Part shown: positions 60,347-64,000 of the stretch, piece after piece
Layout of the letters: each line of letters opens with the position of its first letter
Numbering within the stretch: position 1 is the stretch's first letter
Source of the DNA: an uncultured Chloroflexia bacterium
GTDB lineage: Bacteria > Chloroflexota > Limnocylindria > Limnocylindrales > CSP1-4
Reading direction: 5' to 3'
NCBI GenBank assembly: GCA_963735865.1
Contig: CAVTML010000002.1
Location: 1,811,871 to 1,875,870, forward strand
DNA length: 64,000 bases
The notes under the pieces: model-generated
Seen by the model: the letters and a program-made list of their open reading frames with translations, nothing else
What the model was told of the DNA's origin: nothing
Database searches by the model: none
Position numbers and translations under genes: made by a program

Positions 60347-61170
60347 GGGCCTGTTGACCCTCGGCTGCTGCTCGCGGCCGCCGGCGGCGTCAGGCCGCAG
60401 TCGGGCGTGGTGCAGAGCTGCAGCCCCATCTCGGCCAGGCCCTCGGCGAGCGGCGTGAAGCCGAGCGAGCCACCGAAGCTGCGGCTCGTGACCCCGGCCG
60501 GGATGCCCCGCACGAGCACCGCCCCACCCGAGTCACCGATGGCGACCTGGATCGGTGAGGCGATCATGCAGGGGAAGAACGCGCCGTCCTCGTCTGCCGG
60601 ATGGAGGTTCTGGCCCTTGTCGGTGACCGTGCCGCTGCGGTAGATGGCGCGGCCGTCGATCTCCACCTGGTCGCCGATGGCGATGTCAGCGCAGGTCAGC
60701 GGCTTGGTGTCTGCGGCGATGACGCGGTAGCCGGCGGTGCCCAGGTCGACCACGTTGAGGTGGCCCCACGGGATGCGATCGGTGGCCACCACGAGGTAGT
60801 CCATATCCGATGCTGCGCACGTGTGGTCGGGGTACGGGCATGTGGCATCGCGGGCGGGTGGGCTGAAGACGCCGCGTTTGGTCGTGCCGTCCGGCTCGTA
60901 TGCCACCGTCCCTGGGTCGGTGCAGTGGCCGCTGGACGTGAGAACGATCGTGCTCCCCAGGCGTGCATAGAACCCGCCGGCGCAGGCGCCCCAGATCTCC
61001 TGCCCCGCCAGGACCGGCGGGTCGTACACCGCCGTCGTTCGATGCGGCGCAGTCGCAGCACCCACGATCGAGAAGGTGCCCATCCCCAGCGCCGCGCCCG
61101 CCAGGACGACGATGACGAGGCGCAACGCGCGGACCTTTGCCCGCGGATATGTGCTCGCGGCCGGTGTCAC
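60343..61170 (-). CDS. membrane-anchored or secreted S1 (chymotrypsin/alpha-lytic-like) serine peptidase
   Basis: Intact 275 aa. N-terminal TM/signal segment LRLVIVVLAGAALGMGTFSIVGAA; TSSGHC (His); GDSGGAV (Ser); several Cys pairs. Confidence 0.8.
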   Translation of the reverse strand: MTPAASTYPRAKVRALRLVIVVLAGAALGMGTFSIVGAATAPHRTTAVYDPPVLAGQEIWGACAGGFYARLGSTIVLTSSGHCTDPGTVAYEPDGTTKRGVFSPPARDATCPYPDHTCAASDMDYLVVATDRIPWGHLNVVDLGTAGYRVIAADTKPLTCADIAIGDQVEIDGRAIYRSGTVTDKGQNLHPADEDGAFFPCMIASPIQVAIGDSGGAVLVRGIPAGVTSRSFGGSLGFTPLAEGLAEMGLQLCTTPDCGLTPPAAASSSRGSTGP

Positions 61171-61430
61171 GAAGTCCCCCTTCAGATGTCAGGCGCCTTG
61201 GACCACATTCTCGACCGGGAGCGATGGCGCGCCCCAGACACGGTGGTACTCACTGCGGCGGGCGTTCGGCCCACACCTTGGGAGATGCGGCAGTTGCGCT
61301 GAGGTGCGGTTAGGGTCGGTTTGCGCCAGAGCGGGGTGCTAGAGTTCGCCGCAGTTCCGGTGGCTGGAGCGCGCCCGGTGGCAGCCATCCCCGTGGTGCC
61401 GGGTGCCCGTGATGAGGCCTTGGCGTCCGT

Positions 61431-64000
61431 TTGAGACAGCCCATGCGCCTACGCGCGCTCCGCGCGCACGTGACCATCACGATCGGCCGCATCAAGCGGC
61501 TGGTTGACCAACGGTCCCGTCCCCTGTGGCTCCGCCTCGCCATCAGCCTGCCGCTGGTCGTGGGCGTGTTCGCCCTGGTTGCCTTGCCGCACGTCCTGGG
61601 TGAGGGCAGCGCGAACCTGGAGTCCAACGGCGGCGAACGGGCGCTGACCGAGTGGCGCACCAGCCTGTACGGCAACCTGCTGCCACGCCGGACGCTGTTC
61701 CAGGTCTACGCCAAGGCGGGCGAGGAGATCGCCCTGGGCTCCAGCGGCGTCGGTGTCGGGTCGGGCGACATCGTGGTCTGGACACCCGGCCAGATCACCG
61801 CGCCGCTGACCGTTGCGCTCCCGGCCCCCGCCTTCATCTGTTCCGTGGCACAGCCCGGCAATGGCGCCCTGACCACCCCGGCGCAGGAGACGGCCGGACC
61901 GCTCCCGGCGAGCGGTGGCTACACGCCGTGCATCTACACGCCGGCCACGACGGGCGTCTACGACGTCGCCTTCTACGGACCCTCGGGTGGCAGCAGTGAT
62001 GTCGACGGCACCGCCGGCACGATCGCCGCGCCGGCCCTCGACGCGACCCAGGCCAGCGGCGTCTCCATGTGGGACATCACCGTCCGATCCATCGCCGACC
62101 CGGCCACCCCGATCAGTGGCCGGGTCTTCACCGACTACCTGGCCCAGATCACCGGCGGGAACGGCCCCACCTACCGGGTCGAGTCGACCCTCTGGGCCGT
62201 GACCAGCGACGGTTTCCAGTACCGCATCGACCTGCGCGGCCTGGACCCCAACGGCTTCATCCTCTACGGCAACACGGTGGGCTTCCTGGACCCGGACGGG
62301 GTGACGCCGCTCTACCACGACCTCGTTGCCGCCACCAATCCGCTGGACAACATCGAGGGCGGGGCCAAGCTCGCGCCGCCGACGGGCCTGCTCTTCTTCG
62401 CGCCGCCCGCGGGGGATCTGCCGTCTTCGATCGTCCCGACACCGGTCGTCCCCACCGTCAACTCGATCACCTTCCAGGGCACCGCCGGTGTTGTGAGCGG
62501 CGTCCCCGGCTCCGTCTTCAGCACGGGCGGCAACATCGTGTTCGACGGCAACATCGGGGGCATCGCCGACATCGTCGTCGTGCCCAACCCGGGCCCGCCG
62601 GGCGGCTGCGGGAGCGCCGTCTTTGATCCCACGCTGCCCGCGAATCGATCGCTGGTGCGGGTCGTGTCGGCCGGTGTCCAGAACATCGCCTGGGACGGCA
62701 AGGACAACAGCGGCGCCTTCATGCCGGTGTCGTGGACGGGCAACGGCGGCGACGGCTACTGCTTCAGCGCCACGCTCCACGCGGGCGAGTTCCACTTCCC
62801 CCTGCTGGACGCGGAGAACAGCGTCCTCGGCGGACCCACGATCACGCTGCTGAACCCGCCGGGCGGCAGCTGCCCGTTCGCGAGCTGCAGCACGGCCTTC
62901 TTCGACGACCGCGGCTACACGACCACGACCGGCGCCACCGTGGGGACCCCTGGGTCGGTCCTGGCCATCGGCAACGCCCCACCGCCGGCGCCCGATTTCA
63001 GCGACACCGGCTTCGACACCAGCTCGACCACCATCCGGGCCTACGGCGACGACTCCGCCAACGGCTTCGGGAACCAGAAGGGCCTGGATCTCTGGACCTA
63101 CTTCCCCAGCCAGGACGTGGCCGGGCAGCTGTACATCGTGCCCCAGGGCGCATCGGACCTGGCGATCACCAAGACGCACGTGGGCGACTTCACGGTCGGG
63201 GTGGACGGGGTCTACACGCTGACCGTCCAGAACGTGGGCAGCGGGACCTTGGCCGGTCTGATCACCGTGAGCGACGCGGTCCCGGCCGGCCTGACCGTGG
63301 TCTCAGCCACGGGGACCGGCTGGACCTGCGGGATCGTTGGCCAGCTCGTGACGTGCACCGTGACACCGGGGGGCGGCCTGGCGTCGGGGGCAAGCCTTCC
63401 CCCGATCTCGGTCACGGTGGATCCCGACGCCGGCGGCCGTGCCGAGCGTGACCAACACCGCCTCTGTGGCCAACGCCAACGACTTGAACTCAGCCAACGA
63501 CTCATCGAGCAGCCCGACCGACATCCTGTTGGTCGCCGACCTGTCGATCACCAAGACCGACGGGGTGACCACGGTCGTCTCCGGTAGCTCGACGACCTAC
63601 ACGCTGACCGTCACGAACAACGGCCCGAGTCCGGTCACCGGGGCCATCCTGGCCGACCCGGCGGTGGCCGGCCTGACCAAGACCGTCGTCGCCTGCGCCG
63701 CGGCGCCGGGCCAGTGCGTCACCCCGCCAACGGTGGTCGAGCTGGAGGGCGGCACGTTCGCCCTGCCCACACTCGACCCCGGCCACCCCTACGCGCTCAG
63801 CGTTACGGTCACCGTGACTGCAGCGTCGGGCAATGTGACCAACACGGCCAGCGTCGCCGCCCCGGGCGGGGCCACCGACCCGAACGCCAGCAACGACAGC
63901 GCCTCGGACACGGACACGGTCACCGTGGTCCCGGCGCCCGGACTGACCCTCGCCAAGAGCGCGGATCCGACGACCTACACGGTCGTGGGCGACGTCATCA
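61431..64000 (+). pseudogene. giant surface protein: N-terminal TM/signal, novel region of about 550 aa, then DUF11 (TIGR01451) repeats; one frame break near 63430; continues past the window end
   Basis: [21 protein letters not shown]; DUF11 units [31 protein letters not shown] and [37 protein letters not shown]...NTASVAAPGGATDPNASNDSASD. Confidence 0.75.

Noticed and set aside
61171-61430. c-di-GMP riboswitch (GEMM-I/II) upstream of the adhesin gene, which would fit the Lap-like hypothesis
   Set aside because: I could not find the conserved GGCAAACC...GGGACGCAAAGCC (class I) or GCAACCGACC-type (class II) blocks. Only generic GC-rich stems are present.

Overview
This is a high-GC bacterial chromosomal segment. 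The gene content fits an Actinomycetota- or Chloroflexota-like organism: F420-type oxidoreductase families, strong AGGAGG ribosome-binding sites alongside several leaderless operons, CWB2 wall-binding repeats and a DUF11 surface protein. All calls come from reading the supplied ORF translations and the DNA by eye. No homology search was run, so family names are motif-level recognitions, and frameshift positions are approximate (about +/-30 nt). I reconstruct about 50 genes and found no rRNA, tRNA or CRISPR array.

The dominant technical feature is that roughly half of the longer genes only make sense if translation hops between reading frames. By hand count there are at least 45 frame breaks. 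Other genes, including a 951-aa ORF, are intact. I label broken genes 'pseudogene', but uncorrected assembly indels are an equally good explanation.

Core-type genes:
- F420-dependent nitroreductase-like and LLM oxidoreductases, and a GNAT acetyltransferase
- NfeD protease, aldo/keto reductase, and an MDR reductase with a SnoaL-like tail
- IlvD-family dehydratase, 2-hydroxyacid dehydrogenase, Zwf, and a NarL-type response regulator
- a giant cyclic beta-1,2-glucan synthase-like gene of about 8.7 kb
- an OafA-type acyltransferase and a large CWB2-anchored wall protein
- two adenylate-cyclase/STAND-ATPase/TPR proteins

Accessory content:
- five type II toxin-antitoxin modules, one with a fused YefM-HicB-like antitoxin
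- a NERD-helicase gene
- a visibly lower-GC nuclease island (HNH/Mrr-like and PD-(D/E)XK genes) with about 560 nt of structured non-coding DNA, abutting a zinc-ribbon/EEP/small acidic protein/UvrD-Cas4-like helicase-nuclease operon
- an IS5-like relic
- a c-di-GMP module (a degenerate GGDEF receptor, an active GGDEF with an alpha/alpha-toroid-like domain, and an SPFH/flotillin-like protein) next to a divergent S1 protease and giant DUF11 adhesin pair

The best candidates for an undescribed system are (i) 56.4-64.0 kb and (ii) 20.3-28.9 kb. Both are hypotheses, not demonstrations.
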